Assembly (NCBI GenBank): GCA_903860135.1
Contig: CAIOPG010000016.1
Coordinates: 2,674 to 66,673 of the forward strand
DNA length: 64,000 bases
Direction of reading: 5' to 3'
Origin: Candidatus Omnitrophota bacterium
GTDB taxonomy: Bacteria; Omnitrophota; Gorgyraeia; Zapsychrales; Fredricksoniimonadaceae
A program made the position numbers and the translations under genes. The notes below the pieces were generated by a model that was given only the letters and a program-made list of their open reading frames with translations, made no database searches and had not been told where the DNA came from. This document shows positions 17,248 to 26,522 of this stretch, piece after piece. Numbering within the stretch: the stretch's first letter is position 1; every line of letters starts with the position of its first letter.

Positions 17248-17867
17248 TCCAGCTACAGAAAACATTTACATCACATACGAAAAGAAACCGTGTGACATCC
17301 AAAACAACACTTATCCTCACAGAAAGAATTCAACAACGCATATTCTTTGTCCGTAACAAGAAAATCATGCTGGACAAAGACCTCGCTCTTTTGTACGACG
17401 TTGAAACCCGCACACTCAACCAGGCCGTTAAACGTAATGCCCGAAGATTCCCCGAAGATTTCATGTTCCAATTGACTAAGAAAGAATTAACTGAGGTTAT
17501 CACAAACTGTGATAACCTCCCGGATCTAAAGTTCAACCCGTCCCGTCCATACGCTTTTACAGAACACGGCATCCTTATGCTCTCCAGCGTCCTTAACAGC
17601 GAAAAAGCTATCGAAGTTAACATCCAGATCATGCGGACATTCACACAACTGCGGGCGCTGATGGCAACACACAAAGACCTTCAACTCAAGATCACGGCGT
17701 TAGAAAAGCAGTACAACCGGCAATTCAAAATCGTCTTTGAAGCCATCAGAAAACTCATAGAACCGTCTTTAGCACCACAAAGACAAAAACTACCGATCGG
17801 ATTTCATGCAAGGGCGACAGAGGAAACCCCCTCTCACCCCTTGGGCTGTTGCAGAAGGCAGAAATGA
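17244..17867 (+). CDS. ORF6N domain-containing protein
   Basis: IFFVRNKKIMLDKDLALLYDVETRTLNQAVKRNARRFPEDFMFQLT is the ORF6N signature. Overlaps the comM stop by 4 nt. Confidence 0.7.
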   Translation: MIQLQKTFTSHTKRNRVTSKTTLILTERIQQRIFFVRNKKIMLDKDLALLYDVETRTLNQAVKRNARRFPEDFMFQLTKKELTEVITNCDNLPDLKFNPSRPYAFTEHGILMLSSVLNSEKAIEVNIQIMRTFTQLRALMATHKDLQLKITALEKQYNRQFKIVFEAIRKLIEPSLAPQRQKLPIGFHARATEETPSHPLGCCRRQK

Positions 17868-18190
17868 TAAAGTTTATGGCAATTTTCCTCGGCCTGGGGG
17901 CCGTCGACGATAAATTTAACGCCGGTGCGATAATCATCTTCGTCATTCATGGGAAAACACCAGGCCACCTCTGCTGTAAAATTGACCTGCCCCTCAAAAG
18001 GGATCTCCAGGATAATGCGCACTTTCTCCCCTTTAGAGAGGTGCTGGGCGGCCTGAAAACATCCTCCGCGATGATGGATATCAACAATACGCATGATGTC
18101 ATACCGGGCTGGCCCGTCAATGATACGGTATTTTGCCGGCAGATCAACCGCGATCCTTATCCATTCCCTCTGTTCACGGCCTTCGCGCAT
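17834..18190 (-). CDS. PilZ domain protein
   Basis: RxxxR (REQREWIR) plus D-I-H-H-R-G-G elements of the c-di-GMP-binding PilZ motif. 118 aa. Confidence 0.55.
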   Translation of the reverse strand: MREGREQREWIRIAVDLPAKYRIIDGPARYDIMRIVDIHHRGGCFQAAQHLSKGEKVRIILEIPFEGQVNFTAEVAWCFPMNDEDDYRTGVKFIVDGPQAEENCHKLYHFCLLQQPKG

Positions 18191-18202
18191 ACCACCCTCC
18201 TG

Positions 18203-19138
18203 TTAGACATCCTTGATATTCTTCTGCAATACCGGAATCTCTATCCCCTCGGCCTTGAAGGCCGCGATCATCCTGCGGTTGATGTCAAAACGGACATCCC
18301 AGTAATTTTTCTGCGGGCACCACAACCGCGCAAAAACATTAATCCCTAGGTCCGTAAAATCCGTAATCCCGACCTGCGGCGGCTTATCCGCGGCCACATG
18401 CGGATTACTGCGGACAATGCCTTCAAGGAGATGGATCGCCCTGTCCACATCAGCCCGGTAACTGACCAGGACCGAGACATCCACGCGCTTGCAATTTGAA
18501 TAGTTATGGATGACCTCTCCAACAATATGCTTGTTAGGGATAACCACCGTCTCATTATCCAACGTTGAAATAACGGTACAGGAAAGTTTCATGTCCACGA
18601 CTTCTCCGACGACACCAGCCACCTCGATGATCTCGCCGACCTTGAAAGGCTTTGTGAAGATAAGCGTCGCGCCGGAAGCATAATTCGACAACGGCCCCTG
18701 AAGCGCAAAGCTCGTACCAAACCCCACCACAGAAATGCCGGCGATAAATGGCGCAATCTCAATACCGAACTTACTGAGTGCCACCACAAGGGCGAACAGC
18801 ATAATGACCAGACGGATCGCCCCTGCCATGAATTTTGATACGGTGATATCCACCTGCCGGTCATCAAAATATTTCTGCGCCCCGCGCGCGGCATATTGCG
18901 CGATGAACCATCCCAGCGCAAGAACAACACATCCGCCAAGCACCTGAAACGCATACTTGACCACATACAGCATGACCATATGCAGGACTTCTTGAACCGC
19001 CCCCAAATGCTCTTGTGCCACAGTTCCAGCCAGTCCGGCTGTCTCCGCCGCCGATGCCGACGCAATAGAAAATAAAAATCCCGATAAACACAATAAAACA
19101 CGCGACATGATCAACGACCTCCTGTTAAATATACACAA
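18203..19138 (-). CDS. mechanosensitive ion channel, MscS family
   Basis: TM helices followed by the conserved MscS beta domain (FKVGEIIEVAGVVGEVVDMKLSCTVISTLDNETVVIPNK). Confidence 0.85.
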   Translation of the reverse strand: MCIFNRRSLIMSRVLLCLSGFLFSIASASAAETAGLAGTVAQEHLGAVQEVLHMVMLYVVKYAFQVLGGCVVLALGWFIAQYAARGAQKYFDDRQVDITVSKFMAGAIRLVIMLFALVVALSKFGIEIAPFIAGISVVGFGTSFALQGPLSNYASGATLIFTKPFKVGEIIEVAGVVGEVVDMKLSCTVISTLDNETVVIPNKHIVGEVIHNYSNCKRVDVSVLVSYRADVDRAIHLLEGIVRSNPHVAADKPPQVGITDFTDLGINVFARLWCPQKNYWDVRFDINRRMIAAFKAEGIEIPVLQKNIKDV

Positions 19139-19266
19139 ACAACCCGAACCTCCTGCTTTAATCGCACATCATTAAAGCATGGAGGTCCGGTCGTTACAAG
19201 ATAAAAGAAACAGACATACTGCGCACCGATCAATTTACACAGCGGACGAATGGCGCTCTCCTTACG

Positions 19267-19956
19267 TTATTGAACGATATCCCCTTTAAGAGATACCGTA
19301 TACCCCTTGATGGCAAGGCTCTTGCCCGAACGCTTGAGCGCCTCTTTCACGATCGCCACCGTTGCTCCACAACAAGGCACTTCCATCCGCAGCACAGTCA
19401 CAGACCTGATGTTATTCAGATGAAAAATATCCCCGAGTTTCACCGCATATTCTTCCGTGTCCTCATCGAGCTTTGGGCAGAAAATAACCAACACCTTCCC
19501 CTTCAGGAACGCCTGATGGAAATCCCCATGAGCAAACGCCACACAATCCGCGCTCACGACCAGATCAGCATCTTGGAAGAATGGCGCCGAAGGGCTAAGC
19601 AAACGCAACTGCACCGGCCACTGCCTTAACGCCGAAGTTGACGGGCTGTGTGCCTCTGCCGAAGCGCACGGTGCCTCCTGCCTGAAATCCTGCGTCAGGC
19701 TCCCCGGGCATCCACACGGTAACATTTCATGATGCACAGGCTCCGGCGCAACAAAGTCGCCAGCCTCACGCTCCTCCAGAGAAATAGCCCCCTGCGGGCA
19801 CTCTCCCAAACATGCCCCCAACCCATCGCACAAAGCGTCCCCGACCAAGCGCGCCTTTCCCCCGATGATCCTGATCGCCCCTTCATGGCACGAAGGGATG
19901 CACGCGCCGCAACCATTGCATTTAACCTCGTCGATCTTTACGATTTTTCTACGCAT
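19267..19956 (-). CDS. 4Fe-4S dicluster domain protein
   Basis: CNGCGACIPSC and CDGLGACLGECP ferredoxin motifs plus C-terminal PCCG. Sits downstream of an Rrf2 regulator. Confidence 0.55.
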   Translation of the reverse strand: MRRKIVKIDEVKCNGCGACIPSCHEGAIRIIGGKARLVGDALCDGLGACLGECPQGAISLEEREAGDFVAPEPVHHEMLPCGCPGSLTQDFRQEAPCASAEAHSPSTSALRQWPVQLRLLSPSAPFFQDADLVVSADCVAFAHGDFHQAFLKGKVLVIFCPKLDEDTEEYAVKLGDIFHLNNIRSVTVLRMEVPCCGATVAIVKEALKRSGKSLAIKGYTVSLKGDIVQ

Positions 19957-20006
19957 AACACTCCTTAGTAATAGGATGATATAGGTATCGTTAATGTATA
20001 AAAAAA

Positions 20007-20408
20007 TTATTTCTTCATCAAATCCGCTAGCGTTACCCCTTTTAACCGATCCACCAACATTTTCTCCGCGGCCTTAAGTTCCCGGCGCAAAGGACACACC
20101 GCCACGCACGAACAAATTTTCTTCTGGAAAAGGCAGTCACTGAGCGACAAATCCCCCTGAAAGATCCGCATCAGCTCGATGAGCCGTATCTTCGCCGGCG
20201 GCAACGCAAGGGTAAATCCCCCCTTATACCCTTTGACCGACACCAGATACCCCTCCTTCTGCAACTGCTGAAGGATCTTGCGCATAAAAGGCCTGGGCAA
20301 TTTCAAGTCGCGGTGAATATCCGCCGTCGAAACCCTCTGCCCCCTGCGCCCCCCCATATAAAGAAGCGCCCGTGCCGCGTAGTCTGTGTTACGTGTCAGA
20401 AGGTTCAT
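20007..20408 (-). CDS. Rrf2-family transcriptional regulator (three-Cys Fe-S type)
   Basis: Rrf2 HTH (MNLLTRNTDYAARALLYMG) and C-x6-C-x3-C cluster (CLFQKKICSCVAVC). Start refined to MNLL. Confidence 0.8.
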   Translation of the reverse strand: MNLLTRNTDYAARALLYMGGRRGQRVSTADIHRDLKLPRPFMRKILQQLQKEGYLVSVKGYKGGFTLALPPAKIRLIELMRIFQGDLSLSDCLFQKKICSCVAVCPLRRELKAAEKMLVDRLKGVTLADLMKK

Positions 20409-20462
20409 GCAATAATGATACCACCACTGTATCATTAGTCAAGAAAAAAACACATCTGCCTG

Positions 20463-20882
20463 CTATACCACCGTTGCAACCCTTAATACCCGTGCCGCCG
20501 CAAGAAGTGCCTTGTCATACGTAAATAGCGGCACGCCCATTTCTATCGCCAAAGAAAGATAGGCCGCGTCATAAATGGTCAACTTATGTTCTTTGGCCAG
20601 ATCAAACGCGGCAAGGCTATCGATAAAATAATTGCGCGGATTTCTTATAACAACATGATAATGCCGTATGACATCAAAAATGGCCTGCTGTGTTTCCAGC
20701 GCTAGCCTGCCTCTGCGGAAAGAATTCAACACAATATTGAGCATTTCATATTCAAATATCACCGGAGCGAACAAGTGGAACTGATGCATGTTCTTAATCA
20801 CATGCTGATACGCTGAAGAATCTTCATCCGACAAAAACCATGATGCCGCCACACTAGCATCTATGACCGCTTCACTTTTCAT
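20463..20882 (-). CDS. vapC: PIN-domain toxin (VapC-like)
   Basis: VIDASVAASWF N-terminus and conserved PIN Asp positions. Paired with the upstream small antitoxin gene. Confidence 0.8.
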   Translation of the reverse strand: MKSEAVIDASVAASWFLSDEDSSAYQHVIKNMHQFHLFAPVIFEYEMLNIVLNSFRRGRLALETQQAIFDVIRHYHVVIRNPRNYFIDSLAAFDLAKEHKLTIYDAAYLSLAIEMGVPLFTYDKALLAAARVLRVATVV

Positions 20883-20885
20883 GCG

Positions 20886-21128
20886 CTAAGCCCGCCCTTC
20901 CCGTTTCCAGGCATTAATCTCATCGATTGTTGTTTGCTTAAATGCCTTGCGAATGTCCCTGATCTTAATCATCAGATTCCCCGGCTCATCCAAAGGGTCG
21001 CTCCTGACAGGCACGATCCTCGCCACAGGCACATTATTCTTCAAAATAACATGTTCTTCACCCAACTGGATATTATTGACGATCTGCGACAAATTACTTC
21101 TGGTTTCAAGTATCCCGCTTTGCGTCAT
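20886..21128 (-). CDS. Phd/YefM-type antitoxin
   Basis: 80 aa. SNLSQIVNNIQLGEEHVILKNNVPVARIVP is a typical Phd/YefM N-terminal fold. 3-nt gap to the VapC gene. Confidence 0.7.
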   Translation of the reverse strand: MTQSGILETRSNLSQIVNNIQLGEEHVILKNNVPVARIVPVRSDPLDEPGNLMIKIRDIRKAFKQTTIDEINAWKREGRA

Positions 21129-21359
21129 ACGGCACCTCCATTTCTATCTGTACATCTGAAGTGTACAACGACAATCAATCCGTGTCAATGTAATCGAAAG
21201 CCCCCGCGCCAACACGCACTCAACACACCATCATTTGAAATTTCACCTTTATTATCCGGATTATTGCGATCAACATCCCATTGCGCCGGATTGTTGATAA
21301 CATAATCCTGAATCCTGTTTAATTCACATTCATCCCCCCTCGCGCAACCGCAATATATT

Positions 21360-21752
21360 TCAGACGACTGACAAAGCGGTGCGGACGGCGTCGAGGAGTT
21401 CTTTGTTGTCCCAGGGTTTTTCGAAGATGCGGTATATTTCGCCGTCATTGAGGATGCGGGGGATTCTGGCGAGATCCAGGTAGCCGGAGATCAGGATCGC
21501 CTGGATGTGGCCATAGCGTGCCTTGACATGATGCAGGAACTCATCACCGGACATGTGCGGCATCCGATGGTCCACAATGATCAGATCGACAGCCCCGGCG
21601 CGGGTTTCGAGGATCGCAAGCCCTTTAAGACCATCTTCAGCTGTCAGGACTTCGTAATGTTCAAACGCCAGGCAACGCTCTAAACTATGCAGGATCCCGG
21701 GCTCATCGTCAACGCACAGGATAACAGGACGCCTCAAGGCACTGGCGGACAT
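21360..21752 (-). CDS. single-domain response regulator (CheY-like receiver)
   Basis: ILCVDDE...DLIIVDHRMPHMSG...K receiver signature. Start refined to MSASALRRP, abutting hisI. Confidence 0.8.
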   Translation of the reverse strand: MSASALRRPVILCVDDEPGILHSLERCLAFEHYEVLTAEDGLKGLAILETRAGAVDLIIVDHRMPHMSGDEFLHHVKARYGHIQAILISGYLDLARIPRILNDGEIYRIFEKPWDNKELLDAVRTALSVV

Positions 21753-21756
21753 CGGA

Positions 21757-22188
21757 TCAATACTCCAGATGATCGTCCTTGATCCGCCGGTAATAACAGC
21801 CGAAACGGGTCTGGCCCGAAGCATCCTTGACGTGGCAAGACCCCTTGCCTTTCATCGTCACCAGATAAAGGAGCGAATTCTGTTCACAATTGACCCTGAC
21901 CTCGACGATCTGAAGCTCGTCGCCCGAAGTCTTGCCCTTGATCCATAATTCATGGCGCGAGGTGCTCCAGAAGGTGGCGATACCTGAAGCAAGCGTATGG
22001 CGCAAGGCCGTCTCATTGGCATAAGCCAGGATCAGGACGTCCTTGGTGACCGCATCCTGGACCACAACCGGCACAACCGGTTCCTGGCTCTGCCCGATCT
22101 TGGCCAGCTTGTCAAAATCGATCAGGATATCGGTATTGTTCTCGAGAACAGCGCTGGTCACATTCCCGGCATAATTCTTGCGGTTCAT
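21757..22188 (-). CDS. hisI: phosphoribosyl-AMP cyclohydrolase
   Basis: FWSTSRHELWIKGKTSG...VNCEQNSLLYLV...GSCH matches the HisI core. Confidence 0.8.
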   Translation of the reverse strand: MNRKNYAGNVTSAVLENNTDILIDFDKLAKIGQSQEPVVPVVVQDAVTKDVLILAYANETALRHTLASGIATFWSTSRHELWIKGKTSGDELQIVEVRVNCEQNSLLYLVTMKGKGSCHVKDASGQTRFGCYYRRIKDDHLEY

Positions 22189-22197
22189 AAAAACCCC

Positions 22198-23217
22198 TTA
22201 TTTGGCGTAAAGTTTCGCGAATTGGCGCGGCTTTCTGGTCTTCCAGTTGGCATTATGATAGGCATAACTGACGATGAGCGGCAGGACGCTGGTCGCTTCC
22301 GCGTACACCATCTGCTCAAACACCGTGTCCACCTTACCCCACGAGGCCGCTTCCTTGAGCGTCGAACTCGAACAAGCCCCGTCGCGCACATCGGCCACCG
22401 TGATCTGGACCGCATACTTGTGCATCGGGACCTCCACCCCGAGGACCTCGGCGCAAACAACCGTGTCCTGCGCGAAATTCTTGGGTACGCCCCCGCCGAT
22501 CATAAAAAGCCCCGACGTAGCCGACTTCATCTTGATCTGGGTCAGTTCATAGAAATCCTTCACAGAATCGATGGACATATGCGCTGTCGGATGCTTCACC
22601 TGGTGCAGCACAAGCCCGAATCCCGCCGATGAATCACTAAAGGCCGGGCAGAAGATCGGCACACCGTGCTCATACGCCGTCTGGACCAACGAATCCTTCT
22701 TCTTGCCGTTCTTGACAAGGTACTTCCCCATTTCATGGATGAATTCGCGCGACGAATACGGGCGCGGCTCCAGGCTATCAGCGATCACCCCGATAGCACG
22801 GTCGCACACCTGAAGATTGGTCTCGTCGATATAAGTATCATAAATACGGTCGATGTACAGGGAACGGAGGATCTTGTCATCCACATTCGACGCCGCCTTG
22901 TAATGCTTGAACCCCAGCGCCTCAAAGAAATCCATGTCAACAATCGACGCTCCTGTCGCCACGATCGCGTCGATCATGCCGCACTTGACCATGTCGACAT
23001 AAACCTGCATACAGCCGCCCGCCGACGTACTGCCGGCCAGCGTCAGGATATTGGCGCAATGCTTTTCATTGATCATCTTGACCAGGATATCCGTCGCGCG
23101 CGCCGTATCACGGGACGTGAACGACATGCCGCGCATCGCATCAATGATCTTGGTCGCATCAAATGACTTGATGTCCACATGCTTGATAACATCCTTCAAT
23201 AGATCTTTCTTCTTCAT
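22198..23217 (-). CDS. deoxyhypusine synthase family protein (probable homospermidine/aminobutyl-transferase)
   Basis: DHS-family length and motifs (GGCMQVYVDMVKCGMIDAIVATGASI..., FCPAFSDSSAGFGL). Confidence 0.75.
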   Translation of the reverse strand: MKKKDLLKDVIKHVDIKSFDATKIIDAMRGMSFTSRDTARATDILVKMINEKHCANILTLAGSTSAGGCMQVYVDMVKCGMIDAIVATGASIVDMDFFEALGFKHYKAASNVDDKILRSLYIDRIYDTYIDETNLQVCDRAIGVIADSLEPRPYSSREFIHEMGKYLVKNGKKKDSLVQTAYEHGVPIFCPAFSDSSAGFGLVLHQVKHPTAHMSIDSVKDFYELTQIKMKSATSGLFMIGGGVPKNFAQDTVVCAEVLGVEVPMHKYAVQITVADVRDGACSSSTLKEAASWGKVDTVFEQMVYAEATSVLPLIVSYAYHNANWKTRKPRQFAKLYAK

Positions 23218-23320
23218 CGCGTCATCTCTCCTTGTTAAACAGGCTCATGTCCGGGTTAAAATCAAAATCCGCGGCAAAGTTATCCCGCGGATCTGAAAGA
23301 TCAAGGCCGATCACCGGCCC

Positions 23321-23950
23321 TTAACGCACACTCAAAACAGGATAAACATAATTCGAGAAACAGATCGCCACCAGTGCCGTCCCGTATTTCTTTTTCGGGA
23401 TAAAGCTCTCGGTCGTCAGTTTCTCGTCGCGCAATTCATATTCTTCTTCAAACCCGTTCTTGTAAAGGGTCTGAAGGCTCGCATGCAGTTGTTCGCCCGC
23501 TTCCTGCGCCGTCAACGAACCGTTATATTCGCACACCAGCCCGCCGTAACGCTGACGGGTCTTGCGGTTGTAAAGCCAACCGTAAATGATCCCCGCCGTG
23601 GCGCGCACACCCTTTTCCATGCTCGCGCAAGCCATGATCGTCTCGATCACGCAACCGTGCACCAGATCCCTGGGCTTGGGGATCAGGCGGGCAATGCCCG
23701 GCATGATCGACGAATAAGTCATGATATTGTAACGCTCGATGCCGGCATCGCGCAAAGCCAGGTGAAATGAACCCGCATGCACCGTGATGTCGCACTCGCC
23801 CACGCCGCTCGTGACAAAATAATCCTTGGGGATACGGGCGCCAAAAGTAACGGCCTGAAACGGCTTTTCATTAACAAGGCCTTCGGCATCGATCACAATA
23901 TCATCCAGATTGACAGGCGTGCTGACAACAGCATGCGCGGTATTTTTCAT
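23321..23950 (-). CDS. pdaD: pyruvoyl-dependent arginine decarboxylase
   Basis: FVTSGVGE ... SFHLALRDAGIERYNIMTYSSIMP resembles PdaD/AaxB. Start refined to MKNTAH (track ORF extends to 24004). Confidence 0.7.
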   Translation of the reverse strand: MKNTAHAVVSTPVNLDDIVIDAEGLVNEKPFQAVTFGARIPKDYFVTSGVGECDITVHAGSFHLALRDAGIERYNIMTYSSIMPGIARLIPKPRDLVHGCVIETIMACASMEKGVRATAGIIYGWLYNRKTRQRYGGLVCEYNGSLTAQEAGEQLHASLQTLYKNGFEEEYELRDEKLTTESFIPKKKYGTALVAICFSNYVYPVLSVR

Positions 23951-24188
23951 CTCTCGCTGATCCTTTTTTCCTGTGGTTGACCCATTAAATGCCCCACCCG
24001 ACACAACGGCATACTGAACATGATCCCGAACGGTATTTTATTTTACTTCCCCCGTCGAGAACAGGACAGAATGAAAATGTCCCTGAACGAACCGGAAATG
24101 ATAGATGAAAATTTAACACCAAATGCCACGCAATGCAAATAAAAATTTCATTCCTGACTGAATTTCGCCGGTATGCCGATCAACGCCC

Positions 24189-24341
24189 TCAACAACACTT
24201 CTTGCTCTTGTCCTGGTCTTTGGGATCCGAACCGCAACAGCATGAACCGCAGCTTGATGCCTTCTCGGCCAGTTTCTTGTCCAGCGCTTCAAACATACGC
24301 GCAAAAAAACCCTTTTTCACTTCTTTCTTCTCTGACCCCAT
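24189..24341 (-). CDS. small (50 aa) Cys-rich peptide
   Basis: AGGAGG RBS 6 nt before ATG. MGSEKKEVKKGFFARMFEALDKKLAEKASSCGSCCCGSDPKDQDKSKKCC. Track ORF 24189..24401 includes a likely false 5' extension. Confidence 0.45.
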   Translation of the reverse strand: MGSEKKEVKKGFFARMFEALDKKLAEKASSCGSCCCGSDPKDQDKSKKCC

Positions 24342-24431
24342 AAGAACCTCCTGTTTTATTTTCTGATAATCCCAGAAACCTGTTTTATTTTCTACCCTCA
24401 AACGCGAGATTGTGGTAATATTTGTCCCGCT

Positions 24432-24503
24432 GTCCCCTTAGCTTAACGGATAAAGCACAAGCCTCCGAAGCTTGGGATGAGGGTTCGATTCCCCCAGGGG
24501 GCG
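24432..24503 (+). tRNA. tRNA-Arg (anticodon CCG)
   Basis: Acceptor stem GTCCCCT/AGGGGGC. D-stem GCTT/AAGC. Anticodon stem CAAGC/GCTTG with loop CTCCGAA. T-loop GGTTCGATTCC. Followed by a T-run. Confidence 0.85.
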
Positions 24504-24562
24504 CTTTTTTCATCCACTTTGTTTCTTCTTCCAAAATATAAATGTAACGCCATCGACGATCC

Positions 24563-25609
24563 TCAGGCGGGGATCTGCTGGGAAAGGCAATGGCAGGTCC
24601 CCAGCCCAACGATGATGGCGCTGGCATCAACAGGAACGATCTTGCGCGTCTTAAAGACGCCCGCCAGGGTTCTGATCGCTTCTTGATCTTGCGGACAATT
24701 GAAAACCGGCAACAGGACGATCCCGTTGGCAATATAGAAATTCGCGTAACTGGCCGGCAGACGCTCGTCCTTGCGGTAATAAACAGGCGCGGGCATCGGC
24801 AGCGTCACGATACGCAACGGTTGCCCGTCAAGATCACGAAAACTTTTCAGGTCTGCCAGGTTCCTGGCAAGAACAGCGTGATTATCGTCAGCCTTATTTT
24901 CTTCGACCACCGTGACGATCGTCCGGGCATCGACAAACCGGGCAATATCGTCAATGTGGCCATTGGTATCATCACCGGCAATACCGTCCTTGAGCCAGAG
25001 CACCTTCTTCACCCCCAGCCCGGCACATAGCAGCTTCTCGATCTTGCGCCTAGACAGGGACGGATTTCGATTCTTGTTAAGCAGGCAGGCTTCTGTGGTC
25101 AACAGAAGACCGGTGCCATTGACATCGATCGCGCCACCTTCCATAACCCAGGGAAACGCAAAACATGCCGTACCCAGGAAGTCCGCCATCTGGCGCGCGA
25201 TACGGTTGTCCTTCGCGCACGGGTATTTCCCGCCCCAGGCATTGAAGATCCAGTCCGTGGCAACGATCTTGCCCGTCGTTGCCTCCTTAAGGAAGATGGC
25301 TCCGTGATCACGGCACCAGGCATCATTGGTCGGGAAATGATGATAAAAAACATTCTTCAATGCCTTGCGCCGAACAAGTTTCCGCCGGAGAACCCGCTCC
25401 GTGGCCAGGTCATTGACATTAACGTGCACTTCCTCGACTTTGGCCAGCGCCGCAACCATGTCGGCAAAGCCGTCTTGCGCGCCTTTTAACGCCGTGAAGA
25501 AACTTTTGGGGTTATGTGGATACGAAAGCCATGTGCCCCGGTGAGGCTCCCACTCGGCGGGCATCCGGTAACCACAAGCGCCCAGATCGTGCGGAGGAAA
25601 TTTATTCAT
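24563..25609 (-). CDS. aguA: agmatine deiminase
   Basis: Start refined to MNKFPPHDLGACGYRMPAEWEPHRGTWLSYPH (porphyranase-type AguA N-terminus). Conserved C-terminal GTCHCLSQQ catalytic Cys. Confidence 0.85.
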   Translation of the reverse strand: MNKFPPHDLGACGYRMPAEWEPHRGTWLSYPHNPKSFFTALKGAQDGFADMVAALAKVEEVHVNVNDLATERVLRRKLVRRKALKNVFYHHFPTNDAWCRDHGAIFLKEATTGKIVATDWIFNAWGGKYPCAKDNRIARQMADFLGTACFAFPWVMEGGAIDVNGTGLLLTTEACLLNKNRNPSLSRRKIEKLLCAGLGVKKVLWLKDGIAGDDTNGHIDDIARFVDARTIVTVVEENKADDNHAVLARNLADLKSFRDLDGQPLRIVTLPMPAPVYYRKDERLPASYANFYIANGIVLLPVFNCPQDQEAIRTLAGVFKTRKIVPVDASAIIVGLGTCHCLSQQIPA

Positions 25610-26522
25610 CGGCGTACCGCTTGAGGATATCGCCATAACTGTCAATGCGCCGGTCACGCAAGAACGGCCACTGCACACGCTTGGAAGCAATGACATCCAG
25701 ATCCACAGCGACGACCAGGGCCTCTTCTTTGTCCGGCGACGCGCGTTTGATAATCGTGCCGTAAGGATCCGCCACAAAACTGCCTCCCCAGAATTCAATG
25801 CCCTCTTGACCGCCAGGATCAGCCTCAAAACCAACACGATTAGCCGCCGCCACATAACAGCCGTTGGCAATGGCATGCGACCGCTGGATCGTCTCCCAAG
25901 AGGTCTGCTGGCGTTGCCCATACTCCGCCTTATCCTGCGGCAGCCAGCCGATGGCCGTAGGATAAAAAATGATCTGCGCGCCCAAGAGCGCGGTCACGCG
26001 CGCCGCCTCGGGATACCACTGATCCCAGCAAATGAGGACACCGATAGCCGCATATTTTGTCTTAAACACCTTATAGCCAAGGTCGCCCGGCGCGAAATAG
26101 AACTTTTCATAAAACTGGGGATCATCGGGGATATGCATCTTGCGGTACTTGCCAAGATATTTCCCGTCAGCATCGAGCACCGCCGCCGTATTGTGATAAA
26201 CCCCTTCGGCGCGCTTTTCAAACAGAGATGCCACAATAACAGCCTTATGCGCTTTGGCAAAAACCGACAACTCACGGATCACCGACGCCTTTGCGTCCAC
26301 CGGTTCCGCCAGCTTGAAAAGGTCATATGATTCCTGCTGGCAAAAATACGGCGACTTGAAAAGCTCCTGCGTGCAAATGATTTTCGCGCCACCTTTAACC
26401 GCACGCGCCATCAGGTCAAGCGTTTTGTCGAAGTTCTTTTGCAACGACACAGCCGCCGTTGTCTGAATAAGGGCAATACCAAGTTTGGACACACAGGCCT
26501 CTTCCGTAGGAAAGGTGATCAA
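25602..26522 (-). CDS. aguB: N-carbamoylputrescine amidohydrolase (nitrilase superfamily)
   Basis: CN-hydrolase E-K-C triad context (IICTQELF..., GVLICWDQWYPEAAR). Overlaps the aguA start. Confidence 0.8.
   Translation of the reverse strand: MITFPTEEACVSKLGIALIQTTAAVSLQKNFDKTLDLMARAVKGGAKIICTQELFKSPYFCQQESYDLFKLAEPVDAKASVIRELSVFAKAHKAVIVASLFEKRAEGVYHNTAAVLDADGKYLGKYRKMHIPDDPQFYEKFYFAPGDLGYKVFKTKYAAIGVLICWDQWYPEAARVTALLGAQIIFYPTAIGWLPQDKAEYGQRQQTSWETIQRSHAIANGCYVAAANRVGFEADPGGQEGIEFWGGSFVADPYGTIIKRASPDKEEALVVAVDLDVIASKRVQWPFLRDRRIDSYGDILKRYADE

Noticed and set aside
21185-21448. 87-aa ORF between the antitoxin and the receiver gene
   Set aside because: It overlaps the receiver gene 3' end. 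It has low-complexity Ser/Thr/Asn-rich composition, no RBS and no motif.
24385-24732. 115-aa minus-strand ORF and 69-aa plus-strand ORF overlapping the tRNA-Arg
   Set aside because: The sequence folds into a canonical tRNA with the GGTTCGATTCC T-loop. The ORFs are artefacts spanning the tRNA and the agmatine deiminase 3' end.
24563-25921. 452-aa version of agmatine deiminase with a ~100-aa N-terminal extension
   Set aside because: The extension is Arg/Leu-rich junk that overlaps aguB. The internal MNKFPPHDLGACGYRMPAEWEPH start gives the canonical ~349-aa enzyme with an 8-nt overlap to aguB.
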